Source of the DNA: Vitrella brassicaformis CCMP3155
Taxonomy: Eukaryota; Protista; Chromerida
Direction of reading: 5' to 3'
DNA length: 64,000 nt
Assembly (NCBI GenBank): GCA_001179505.1
Contig: CDMY01000456.1
Location: 1 to 64,000 of the forward strand
Every line of letters begins with the position of its first letter. The stretch's first letter is position 1. Shown here one piece after another: positions 12,094 through 24,200 of this stretch. The notes under the pieces were generated by a model. It ran no database searches. It was not told the DNA's origin and saw nothing but the letters and a program-made list of their open reading frames with translations. Both the position numbers and the translations under genes were made by a program.

Positions 12094-13032
12094 GACGTCT
12101 TTAAGGCAATCCTTGCGGAGGTGGGCATCACGGCTGTCACCGAAGTGCCCCTGCGGTCTCTCGCCATCACCCCCCCAAACGCCCAGCCCAACAGTCAGCG
12201 CATGGACCTCTTCTTCTCCATCAACGGCGAAGGTGTCCTGTGCGACGTCACGGTGGTCCATCCGTGTCGGCCCGAGAACTCAACCGCCCACCACACCCAG
12301 GTCAACCGCAGCAACGCACGTCGGCCGGGCGGTTTTGCAGCTGCAGGGGCGGAGCGCGACAAAGATCGCAAGTACGGTGCCAACTGTCGGCAGAAAGGCT
12401 ACACCTTCGTGCCCCTAGCAGCGGAGACGATCGGCCGTTGGGGTGACGAGACCCTNNNNNNNNNNNNNNNNNNNNNNNNNNNNNNNNNNNNNNNNNNNNN
12501 NNNNNNNNNNNNNNNNNNNNNNNNNNNNNNNNNNNNNNNNNNNNNNNNNNNNNNNNNNNNNNNNNNNNNNNNNNNNNNNNNNNNNNNNNNNNNNNNNNNN
12601 NNNNNNNNNNNNNNNNNNNNNNNNNNNNNNNNNNNNNNNNNNNNNNNNNNNNNNNNNNNNNNNNNNNNNNNNNNNNNNNNNNNNNNNNNNNNNNNNNNNN
12701 NNNNNNNNNNNNNNNNNNNNNNNNNNNNNNNNNNNNNNNNNNNNNNNNNNNNNNNCGGCCGTTGGGGTGACGAGACCCTCACTCTGCTTCGCCGTCTGGC
12801 GCAGCGGCGCGTCCCCCCACCCGCCAGCTCTGCAGAAGACCGTGCATTTTTTCATGAGGGTGTCATGAACCATTGGGGGCAGTGTTTGTCGGTCGCGCTG
12901 ATGCGCTGGAATGCTTTTCAAGTGTCCTGCCGCGCTCATCATGCGGCCGATGCTCGGACACAGCAGCGGGCGGTGCTGCAGGGTGATCAGAAAGGGGTAT
13001 CTGAATCATTGATGAGAATCGTGACTGATTGA
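12094..13032 (+). mobile_element. 5'-truncated non-LTR retrotransposon; restriction-like endonuclease (RLE) C-terminus, CRE/NeSL-type
   Basis: Intronless ORF with RMD...CDVTVVHP...AAAGAERDKDRKY...FVPLAAETIGRWG, a PD-(D/E)xK RLE pattern. No RT domain is present. The internal gap has identical 24-bp flanks, so the ORF is probably contiguous. Confidence 0.8.
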
Positions 13033-13155
13033 TTCGATCCTCATAGAGAAACGCTTCGCTAGGAAAGGGAGGGAAGCGTTACATCTTCCCTTGTCCTCGC
13101 TGTGCCTCTCCTTTTGGTTTCACGGTGGCACCAAACGCCTTGTAAACGGAATGAC

Positions 13156-13269
13156 GAAGCACCCCTAATTTGAAGGAAGGTGCCCTACAAAGGAAGGTGC
13201 CCTACAAGCGATCATTCATACTGCGGGGTGCTTCGGAAGCACCCCTACGACAAACCCCAGGAACCCTAG
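13156..13269. repeat. Short structured element: 17-bp tandem direct repeat plus a perfect 10-bp-stem palindrome
   Basis: AGGAAGGTGCCCTACAA occurs twice (13174-13207). GGGGTGCTTC-G-GAAGCACCCC is at 13225-13245. GAAGCACCCCTA also occurs at 13156. Confidence 0.8.
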
Positions 13270-14152
13270 ACAGGGCGAGAAGGAGAATGACCCCTTTGAC
13301 CTCATCGCCAATTGCCGACATTCAGTGTGCAGCAGTTGTTTCATTCGTTTTTCATCGTTTCGACCTCCCTGTGTTGATTTCCATCGTCAGCACAGGCAGA
13401 TTCCAGACCAGCTGTTGTAAGCAGCAGCTAGGTGTGTGCATCGTGTGTCACAAGTGACACATTGTGTGTTCGTGCGTTCGTTCGTCGTTCGTCGTCCGAT
13501 CGTCCGTTCATTCGTTTGTTCTGCCCGTCCGTGTGACAGACAGTCAGTCGTTGATAAGAGCAGTCCCCCGTGTGTGCGAACAGAGATAGCTTGAGCCTTC
13601 AGTAACAGAAACCTTCACACACCCAATCAAACACTCACTCTCACTCACCAGCAACACTTCATCCAGTATCCTCGAGCTTTGTGCTATTACTCATAGCACA
13701 TCGGACACAGACACCGCGAGAAAGAAAGCGGCAACAGCGGGTCTGTTTCCTGAGGACCTCATCTCTCGAGGGCCCTACAGGGCACAAACCCGCACGTTTG
13801 CCTGCCAGGACCGGCCGTGAGGGATTGATTTGGGGACGTGTTGTTATGGGTCGGGCTTGGGTTGCATGGTGGTTTGGTAGGGCAGGTGATAGTCGCTTGT
13901 GTGATTGCGTTTGATGGGCTGTTCGGTTTATATCAGAGTGCTGCTATCATCCATGCCGTATGGTGCGCATGTGTTTCTGCGATCGCTTGTGTCTTTGCGT
14001 GTGCAAATCCATACCGACTCTAGATCAGACGTGCTGGTCGCCCATGCTTCCGTGTAAACGATTCCAAATCCACGGCAGCCATTCATTAATTTGAGTATAA
14101 ATATTGGCGTGGCAACTTGGCTCCCTGTATGTGCGTGTTCTTGGCCACCTCA

Positions 14153-15026
14153 TGGATGCGGCACCCTGGCTGCAGCCGAACAGGCGCACAACGAGAGCCG
14201 CCAGCAGCAGACGGCAACCATCGAGGCCATGACCGTGGAGCTTCGACAGCTGCAGGTGGGTATAGATGAGTACACGGACGAGCGAGCGAGTGGGCTGGGG
14301 GCATGTCATACATGTCTGGATGTCTTTGTGTGTGGGTGTGTCATTTCATGTGTGTGCAGGATGCCAAAAATGAGGTGGAGGGCCGACTGCAGGGGCAGAT
14401 GACGCGCAATATCGAGCTGGCGCACGCCCTTAAGACCGCCCAACAGCAGATCAAGGTACGCACATACACCCAACCTGCCTGACCTGTGTTGTGTTGTGTT
14501 TGGTTGTGTATGTCAGAGTGCTGTTGACCGACAGTCCGCCTCCCAGCAGAGCCATTGTGGCGACAGGGCGGGCGATGCGGCCGATGCAATGCACGAGATC
14601 CGGCGACTGAGGGGCGAGATTGAGCGGCTGCGGGCATTGATCACGAAGTCACACCACCACGCCGAGCGCTTCAAACAGGCTACCGACAAGCAGGTATGTA
14701 CGCAGCCGCAGCCGAAAGTCTTGACCCTGTGTGTCCTTCGCTCATTCATCCTGATCTCTGCAACGCTCTGCTCTGTTCTGCCTGCCCGATCGACCATGCA
14801 GGCTGAGTCGCTCAAGATGGCGCTGCAGGCATCCAACAAGAAGGCCAGCCTGTATGCCGAGCAGGTCGCCTCCCTCTCCCGACAGCTTTCTGAGTCGACG
14901 GTGCGGCACGGGCAGAGGGGGACCATGCTGCTGCACGAGCTGCAGCGACGGCCCCAACCCCGCCCAGCGCTTGAGCACTATGCCATGGCTATAGGGGCTC
15001 TGTATCCTCGACTATTCGGTCAGTGA
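14153..15026 (+). CDS. Coiled-coil hypothetical protein, probably partial
   Basis: Spliced heptad-rich exons: TIEAMTVELRQLQ|DAKNEVEGRLQGQMTRNIELAHALKTAQQQIK|...EIRRLRGEIERLRAL...|AESLKMALQASNKK. Confidence 0.5.
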
Positions 15027-16090
15027 AGACAGACAGACAGACCAAGTGCGGACTGCACATAGCCGCGTCTCTCTGTCTGTCTGTCTGTCTGTCTGTGGGT
15101 GTGTCTTTTGTCTTGGTGCAGGAGGGCGAGGCGACCGACGGCAGTGAAGGACACAGGCCAGGCTGTGTTGAATTGATTGCAAGATGTGATTTCGGATTGG
15201 CTGTGTGAGTAGGTGGGCTGACGTGGTTGTGTGACTGAGGGTGTTGGTTCCCATGTCTGTCTGTGTGCTCACTCATTCACTCAAATGTGTATGTCCACGC
15301 ACAGCACACGACAGGCAATGAGTCCAGGAGATGTATGGGTGTCACGGGCCAGCATGCCACGCAGGCAGACAGAACCGACGGATCGACGTACGTGTCAGCG
15401 ACACCCATGCACAGCATCCACCGCACCTCACATACGTAGCGTACATAGACACAGAGACAGTCGCCGAGATGGTCGGCATGCATGGGCAAGCAGCTAGGCG
15501 CGTACATCACATCACATCACATCACATCACCGTCACAAGGAAGGAAAGTCATCACACACACGATCTCTCATGGACCACACACGCTAATGGATGGCACACT
15601 CACTCGCACACAGGGACCATTGAAAAAACAAACCGACACTGGCGAACGAACTACATTGGTCTAGTCAAGTGCAACAGACATCCATACACACAGCACAGCA
15701 CAGAACAGAACAGACAGGACAGGTAGGCTATCTATCGACACGCAAAACGAAGGGCAGACGGACGAGTAGGAAAACCCACCTGCCTCTTCTCACCAACCAT
15801 CACTCTCCACACACTCAATAAACCTCACTGACCAGGACCAAGTTGAAGCCGCGGAGTCAAAATCGCTCAGGGGCGCGCCGACAAACAGACAAGAGAGCAA
15901 GACCTGTGGTGGTGGCCTGAGGGGACGTCAGCCAGAAGCGTCAGGTGCATCAGCCGCCTTTCACTGCTCAACCGGCGGCAGCAGCGACCCCGAACCAGAA
16001 GACGCGAACCCCTCTGCAGTGTCGTCATCATCGCTTTCAGGAGGCGCCTCCACCTGCTGCCCAATGGCGCCCACGGTCGTCTCATCACCG

Positions 16091-16961
16091 TCAACTCCCT
16101 CCAGGTATGGGTGGGGAGGTGTCGGATGGGGGCACCGATGCCGAATCCACCGCACCCGAGGGCGGCGGGACGCGATAGTCGTCGTCCGGGTTCCACTCGT
16201 CGTCGTCGTCAACATCAGTGGTCACCGTGCTGTTGCCTGCTGCCGGGATGGTGCTCGCTGTGCTGTTGGTCGTTGTGCCGCCAGGCACCGTGCCGTTGGT
16301 CAGTCTGCCGCTGGTGGCCGTGGTGTTGCTCGGTGGTTCGACCACTGTGCTGTTACTTGGCCCTCCGACTGCTGTACTATTACTTGGGCCTCCCACAGCT
16401 GTGCTGTTACTTGGTGGTCCGGCGATGGTGCTGTTGCTCGGTCCTCCAACCTCTGTGCTGTTGCCGCCTCCGACCTGTGTGCTGTTGCCTCCGGGCGGCT
16501 CTGTGCTGTTGCCGCCTCCGGTTTGTGTGCCGTTAATTCCTCCAGCCTCTGTGCCGTTGCCGCCTCCAGGCTGTGTGCTGTTGCCTCCGTCGTCTGTGCC
16601 GTTCGTGCCGTTGTTTCGTCGTGGGATTCGCATCGAGTCCCTCACCACCTCAGCCAATGTCCAGGTCCGTGTGGTCGTGTTGCCGCCATCGCCCGGCGTG
16701 GTCGTGTTGGTCGTGTTGCCGCCATCGCCCGGCGTGGTCGTGTTGGTCGAGTTGCCTGGCTGAAGCCTGGTGAAGGTCTGGGTGATGTTGACCAGCCGCA
16801 AGAAAGCCGGTCGGACGTTCCTGTATCGCTGATTCAGGTTTTCCAAGGGCGTCGGCGCAGTCTCAACGGAGGCAGCTGCACCACGGGAGGGGTAGTAGGG
16901 ATAACTGCGGTACTGCAGACGGCGAAAGGATGAGCGGTAATTGACCTCCTCCTGATATCAA

Positions 16962-17012
<51 letters not shown>

Positions 17013-17455
17013 GGGGGGGGGGGGGGGGGGGGGGGGNNNNNNNNNNNNNNNNNNNNNNNNNNNNNNNNNNNNNNNNNNNNNNNNNNNNNNNNNNNNNNNN
17101 NNNNNNNNNNNNNNNNNNNNNNNNNNNNNNNNNNNNNNNNNNNNNNNNNNNNNNNNNNNNNNNNNNNNNNNNNNNNNNNNNNNNNNNNNNNNNNNNNNNN
17201 NNNNNNNNNNNNNNNNNNNNNNNNNNNNNNNNNNNNNNNNNNNNNNNNNNNNNNNNNNNNNNNNNNNNNNNNNNNNNNNNNNNNNNNNNNNNNNNNNNNN
17301 NNNNNNNNNNNNNNNNNNNNNNNNNNNNNNNNNNNNGGGAGAGGGGTCTGGATATGCCGTATTTGTGGAGATGTGGTCCGTCGGTGCCTGCCTACCTGAG
17401 GAGCGGCGCACGGGATGGACAGGAGAGCGGCTGCGAGGAAAAACAAAACCTTCAT
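16091..17455 (-). CDS. Secreted Gly/Thr/Asn-rich glycoprotein with GGNST/PSNST repeats
   Basis: Exon 1 (17455-17396) encodes the signal peptide MKVLFFLAAALLSIPCAAPQ. Exon 2 reads EEVNYRSSFRRLQY..., with 36-bp and about 27-bp tandem repeats and about 22 N-x-S/T sequons. The C-terminus may extend to 15961 through a frameshift. Confidence 0.8.
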
Positions 17456-17718
17456 CGTGAGATCTATGCCGGGACAGCCGAGAAGGGAAGAAAGGACCGG
17501 AGGAAAGAAGCCGAGGTCACGTCTAGGGTTTCGGGGGTCAAGGGTTTCTTCATTCAAGCTCGCACTCATTGAGGGCGAGAGTTTTCGCGTCAGATCTGTG
17601 CCAACTACTGCACCTCACTCACACCCTTCTACCCCTCCAACCTCACTGCGTTACTTCTTCTTTCCTCCCCCTTGTTAAGGGTTGGACTCATCGCGGTAGC
17701 GGATGAGCCAATGTAGCG

Positions 17719-19432
17719 ATGTCGCGGCTTGAGGTGGTCCTCACCGAGAGATCTCCCACATGGCAGCTGGCCAGCGGCATCGAGGACGGCACGCTGTCGG
17801 CAGAGGCGGCGCTAGACTTGATGGACAAGCACACCATTGATCCGCATGTGGAGCTTGTTCGAGTCAGTGACGGTGACGATGAGCCCCGTAAGGCTATGGG
17901 ACCGCTGCTTCACGCTGCCGCACACCGATATCAGGTGCCGCGAGTCGGGCGAAATTCTATGGTTGGTCGCCAATTGGTTGCCGCTGCTCTCTGGTCTTGT
18001 TCAGGGCCAGGCTGGTGCGGCTGTGCTCGATCGGCTGATTCATCTTGGGGCGGACGTCAACCGTGTATTCGAAGGCAAGACGGTCCTCGAGGTTGTGCTG
18101 CTCGCTGTCCGGGAGGGACCCGACATTCTCGATATTCATTCGAGACCGGTTCCGCCTCATTTCCTCCTTCATTCGAGTGTGAGCCCATTGCCGTCGGCTC
18201 TCGAGAGCGCCCTGCCCCTCATCGTGGTGCTGCTGCGCCATGGAGCCACCATGGTGCAGGGGATGGGCGCTCTGCGGATGATCATCTACTACATCAATGT
18301 GATGGGCAACTTCTCCCCAGATGGCGCCTTCAGTGCCAAGACTTTGCTGCACGCGGTGACGCAGCTCATCGATGCGGCACAGCAGGCGCCACCTCCTGCC
18401 AGCCCGCGACCCAGCCTGATGGGCGAGAAGCTGCTTAGCCGCGCCTGTGCGCTCATCCTGGACGACCCTGCTGACCATCTCACGATCCTCGACAAGCTGC
18501 TGGAGATAGCAGATGACGGCCTCGGCGAGGGGGACGGCGCTAGGGCGTGGAGTGTGGCGTGTGGCACGGCGCCCCACGCCACACATGTGATGCACTTCCT
18601 CCTCGACAAGGGCTTTCGGCCACCTGCCATCGACCGAGAGGCTCTGTTTGACGTGGATGTGCTGTCACGGGTGGCAGGGGAGGCAGGGGCGGACGTGGAT
18701 GTGAGCGGTCGGCAGGGCGACACGTCACCACCTATTCTGTATGCTGCGTTCGAGCAGCGCTACTCTGCCGTGCACTGCCTGATCCGCCATGGTGCGTCGA
18801 TCGACCTGGCCCTCGCGGACGACCTATGCGCTGATCTGTATCGCCACCGCATCCTCTCTGTTTACCACTCATTCATCAACCGCTCTGTGCCAGAGTTGGT
18901 CATGCAGTGCGTCAATGAGGCTCTCTCTCCCTTGCGCGCCATGTCGTGTGTCTCACGCACACACAGGGTGTTCAGTCAGAGCGTAGCTGGCTATGTTGGC
19001 TCGTTTCTGGTGCATGTCCCCCCCCTGCCCTTTTCCCCCCGCACCACACTGGGCCGCAACCTGAATGCTGCTCTGCGTTTCTTCCTGCTGCGTGCCCGTG
19101 ATGCAGCCAGCCGTGCAGACAGACAGCAGCTGTTCGCGCACACGTGTTTTCCGATGCCCCCCAGCACACACCCGGGAGGGGGGGAGGGCGAGGGAGAGGG
19201 AGAGGGAGAAGGGGGCGGACAGGCAGGTAGTAGGGAGGCGGCCTTTGGGCTGCGTGACGTCGTGCACATGTTGCGGTGTGCCGAGGCTGTGCGTTATGGC
19301 ATCAGTGAGCCAGTGGTGCGGGGGTATGGCAACGACAGCGAGACCACCACTGTGTGCACGTTCGCCGGTTATGTGTGTCTGCGGGGTGCTGATGGGCAGC
19401 CTGGTGTGCAGAGGGTGGAGGGATGGGAATGA
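17719..19432 (+). CDS. Ankyrin-repeat protein
   Basis: The intron 17935-18004 joins the two ORFs in frame. Ankyrin-like segments include VLDRLIHLGADVN and PPILYAAFEQRYSAVHCLIRHGASID. Confidence 0.75.
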
Positions 19433-19650
19433 AGGAATATGAATAGGCTGGCCGGGCCGATGTGTGTAGACTGACAATTGTCTGTCGAGACATTTGTCCT
19501 TGTATGGTATGCGTGACTGAGTGTGAATGCCTCATCCATTCACCAACCATGAGGGCACATAATGAGTCCAGAAACGAAATGTACATGAGTCGCCAACCGT
19601 GTGGCGCATGGACGAACAGAGTCCATCCATCCATCCATCGCACAATGCAT

Positions 19651-21026
19651 TCACACGTATCTGTCAGCCCACGGCCCGAACAGCTTGGTTGCCGTTCCTC
19701 CCAACACCATGTCCAGCTCCTCCTCATAGAGCGGCACCCTCTCAGCCCACTCATCCACCAACACACGCGACGCACCGGCATACTGGCAGTCGTCTTGAAG
19801 CGTCACAAAGGGGAAGTCGCTGCCCCACATCAGGCGGTGGCAGCCGGCCACAGACAGCAACTCACGCATCAACGGCAACAGGTCACTGTAGGGGTAGCCC
19901 TCAACCGAGTTACGAAAGAAGGCAGACACCTTCTGCACCACACAGACACGGATACACATGAGTGCTCTGTTTACGGGCTTCTTGTGCCGTCGTGTGCGCA
20001 TTGCACTGACCACATGCATCTGTGGTGATCGCTCCAGTGCGTCGAGGAGCTGTCTGAACGACCCCATGTCGAGCTGGCCGTCTTGCATCACAAAGCCAAA
20101 GTGGTCGATGATGCAGGGGGTGGACGGGTGGTTCTGGGCCAGGTCGTTGATCTGGTCGGCATACGTCGCAAACGAAGCCATACAGAGGAACCCCACAGGC
20201 GCATTCAGCTGCCCGCACCGCTCGTACATGGCCTGGCCCACCTGATCGATACACATACATACACACACACGCGTGTGCTGTGCACCGCAGTTGCGTGTGC
20301 TTTCACTTTTGCTCACTCCACTCACGTCATCGTTCATCTTGACGTCTGGCGGCCACAGCTTTGGGTTGAAGCGAACGCCGACCAGAGGAAAGTCGCCAGG
20401 CGCCAAGGCATCACTCGCCGGGTCGATGAGGTCATTCAACCGCTGCCTGGCCTCGTCAGAAGAGCCGGATGGATCCGCCAGCGCCATACCCTTGAAGTAA
20501 CTGGGAAACTGGCGCAACACCTGAAGACACATGGGTAGCTATCGAACGTGAAAGTGTGCAGTGCTGTGCTGTGCAGGTCTATCTGTACCTTTCTCATGTA
20601 TGAGTGGTCGAATTTGTGGTTGATGGGTTGAACGAGCAGCGCCCCCGACACGCCGGCCTCTCCCAGTAGAGCCACCAGGTCCTCCCCCGACGCACTCCCC
20701 TGCAGCTCCTTTGGCGGCTCACCACCCGCCCACTCATGAGGCTCGGTCCCGTTGGACCACACGTGGACAGCCGAATCGATGACGAACCTGTCCATGCCGC
20801 TGCTGCCCTCTGTGTCGATGGGAATGCCGCCCGGCATCACGGAAAAGATCGGGCGGGGCCTCCTCCGCCGCGTCAGCATGAGATGGGGAGCAGTAACAGG
20901 CTGCAGAAAGCTGAAGCTTTGTCTTGGTCGGCGCCGCAGCACATTGGTTGAAGTGGCCATGTTCCTGATGATGAACAGGAGCGCCAGCAGAGAGAGAAGC
21001 GCGGTGCGGCTGATGAAACGGATCAT
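19651..21026 (-). CDS. Amidohydrolase_2 family TIM-barrel hydrolase with a signal + transit-like leader
   Basis: Motifs VIDSAVHVW, GALLVQPINHKFDHSY, IIDHFG, KVSAFFR and RLMWGSDFP. The N-terminus is hydrophobic, followed by an Arg/Ser-rich stretch. Confidence 0.85.
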
Positions 21027-21244
21027 TGACACGGCAGGAGTCGGGCACAGACTGTCAGGAGAGGCTATGCGATGCTGTATTGCCTTCAAAACCCTTCAAA
21101 ACACGACTTCGGCGTCCTCCGATCCAAAGCTTGCAATTGTTCGGGGCAGAGGAGGGAGAAAGGCACCTTCCTGAAGACCAGCTACAGCCCCAGGCGACGT
21201 AGATCTCTCGCAGTATTCATCAATTTGTGGGTGGATCTCCAGAG

Positions 21245-24200
21245 ATGAGCTCATCATCCAGCGGGTTCACTGAGTTGAGCCACAGCCTTCAGGGATGGAT
21301 AGATGCCACCGCCGTCAACCAACACAAGACAGTGGAGGACAGCATGAGGCGCTTTTCGCTGCGTGACCTCAGCTGCGGCGGCGCGGAGCTGCTGAGAGCC
21401 TTCCAGCTCTTCCAGGTCTGCGCAATCACCCGGCACAATACACACACTCACACACACTCACACACGTATGTCCTTGCCTTGTGGTTGCAGGAGTATGTGT
21501 CCTTTGACCAGCAATACGTGACGGGCGTGGCCTCCCCGGCCCGCAGCTACGACACGAGCACCACCCGCTCATGGCACCTGAGAGGCGTGGCGCTGCCATT
21601 CGAGGCTCTCGCCACTTCCCCGGCCGCTCTGGTGAGTGCCGACGTGGCCCTATTCGCCCGCACACTGCTGAGAAAGTTCGAAAGATGGGAGCTGCTTCAA
21701 GCGGCGTCACTCGACACACTGAGGGTCCGGCCACCAAGCGCCGGTGCCGGTGAGGGTGATGGTGGTCAGCCGACAGTGAGTCCCGTTCTGCCTTTCCTGC
21801 GGTCGCTTCACAAACTGGTCAGCACGCACACCGAGGCGGCCCGCATCCACGGAGAGGTGCTGGTGGGGACCAGACGGGTGGACTACGAGGCTGTGATGGC
21901 TGCATTGGAGAGCCTCATCTCGCAGTCGGCCAAGCTGACTGCGCCTGTGGCCCCCCCGGCGACTGTGGACGGCAAGTCCCCCCCTGAGACCCTCTCTGCG
22001 TCGGTGGCGCCCCTCGCCCGCAAACTCTCCATCGAGCTGGCGCTGCTCAAGAGCCTCCTGGCCACCGAATGGTCCATCACACGGCTGCTCTACGACGAGT
22101 CCCTGCTGCTGCTGACCTACGCCAAGCAGTTCCTCATGACCTATGAGCACACATGCACTCAGCCGCCAGCGAGAGACCACGCGGCAGCATCATCAGCATC
22201 AGCATCGTCTAACACCACTGCCAAGCCGCCGTCGACGCCCACGATGTCGCGGCGGCGAGTGCAGCCGACCAACTCGGAGGTCAGGGGGGTGGTGGGTCAG
22301 ACGGCGCCGACGCAGGCGCCCTCAACTGGCACCGCTGCCGGCCAGAAGGTAGGCAGGTCGATTGAGCAGTGTGCGTGTTTGTCATTACTCATTGCGTACC
22401 TTGTCTGTGTATGTGGCCGTCAGATCGGGACTGTGGACATCACTGTCGAAACGAGCAAGATCTCTGCACTGGGGGAGTGGTCAGCACACACACGCCCCAC
22501 TCCTTCAAAGTGGCACCGCACCGCCCACCCATTGATTGCGTGTGGTACCTCAGGTATCGCGAGTTCCTTTGGCATTTGGCCAACAAGTTCCGGGTTTTGT
22601 TCCATCCGCCGCTGCACTTCAACCCCCTGCAGGCCGTCGATGGCTACGAGGGCGACTTCAAGACCCTTCCGCCCTGCACCAACGCCCTCACAAGACTGGC
22701 CGAGCAGCTGCTGCTGCAGAAGACCGTCACCTACGCGCCATACTATGACCAGTAATCGCCAGCGGAGTGGAAACTGTGGCTTGGATGGATTGTGTGTTGT
22801 GTGTGTTGTGTGTAGGCTGGAGGGGCTGACGAAGGCGTTCGACTCGCTGGTCATGGTGGGAGTGGTAAGAGAGATTGACAGGTGTACCGCAACATCTGTC
22901 TGTTTGTTGGGGATTGATGGCTGGGTGGCTCCTTCCTTTGTTTTCTTGTCATATCACACGTCATTCCATTCATCAGGTTGCGCCCGAGGCTCTTCTCCCT
23001 GCCATGCAGCGGACACCCAACCACGGTACGGTATGCACCAGGACGCCCACACCACACCCACCACACCCAGCAAGAGCATTTGTTACTTGTACACTTGTCA
23101 GGCAAAGCCCATCTTCCACTCAGCCTCCCTGTGGACGGCACCACCCCTACCGCCCCCACCAAGCCACCCAAGACACAACACGACGCCGACCACGGCCCGG
23201 TCGTCAGCATGTCGTCACGTCACCCAGCATCCCTCCACTGGCGCTTCCTCGCAGCACACATGGGTCCTGCTCTCAACCCGCCCTCTCGCCAGCCACCGCC
23301 TGAGCCAGCAAGTCAGGACAAGGACGCCCCTCTCGCAGACACAGCGGCCGACACGTCGACAGCAGAGAGACTGCATCGCTTTTGCCGGTCACCGCTGTGG
23401 CCACAGCTGCAGGGCCTGCTCATGGAGGCGTGCATGCACCGCCACTCCCCCGATCGCGTCAAGATGGCCCCCCTGCCCGCCACTGCGCTGCAAGCCTCCC
23501 TCTCTCTCAGCAGCGCCCAGTCTTCCCTCTCTGTGTCGACACTCAGCGGCCTTCTGTCGGTGGGCCGCACATCGACCCCAGTGCTGCAGGGGAGCCCCAG
23601 TTTCAGCGGCAGACCCCCCCGGAGCCGTCTGGGCACATCACCTGTCATCACCAATCTCGATACCCTCTTCTCTGACCTTGACGCGGAGGCCGAGGGAGAG
23701 AGCGGCAAGGGCGACAAGACGGCCGCTCAGCCACCGCGGCAAAGGACAACACCCGACACGACCAGCATCAGTGGCCTCAGCAGCAGCACCGCAGGGGCGC
23801 TGGCGAGTCCCATACTGACGCCAGTACTCGGGGGGCCATCTCGACGGCCGCCGCGGTCGCCTGATCCTGAGAGGGGGAGGAAGAGTGCATCGGCAGGCCA
23901 GCGAGCACCGCCGTCAGAGATGGACAAACGAGTCGCCAGAAGTAAGCAAAGCGGGTATAGAGGATTTTCCATCCTTCGTTGCTTACTGACTGCGTTCTGC
24001 AGTGATGCTCGAGGTTACGACATCGCAGGGCGACCCCCTCACCGAAGCCTTCACATCGGTCACCCGGCCGGCTCTCGCCAAGAAGCAACCGCCCCTGTTC
24101 ACCAAGCCACTCATCCCGCCACAGGCACCCACCACTGGCACTGCCCAGGGAAGTGGTCTGAGGTCGGCCTTCGCATCGCTCCAGCCCATCTCCGAGAAGA

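Noticed and set aside
12432-12779. 24-bp direct repeat flanking the gap, as a possible TSD or internal duplication
   Set aside because: These are identical overlapping contig ends around a placeholder gap, so an assembly artefact. The same is seen at 34499-34798.
16330-16745. Regularly spaced short repeats that could look like a CRISPR array
   Set aside because: Units are in-frame 27/36-bp coding repeats with no unique spacers, in a eukaryotic gene, with no cas genes.
17524-17531. Telomere-like TAGGGTTT (and AACCCTA near 13262)
   Set aside because: Single isolated copies, not arrays.
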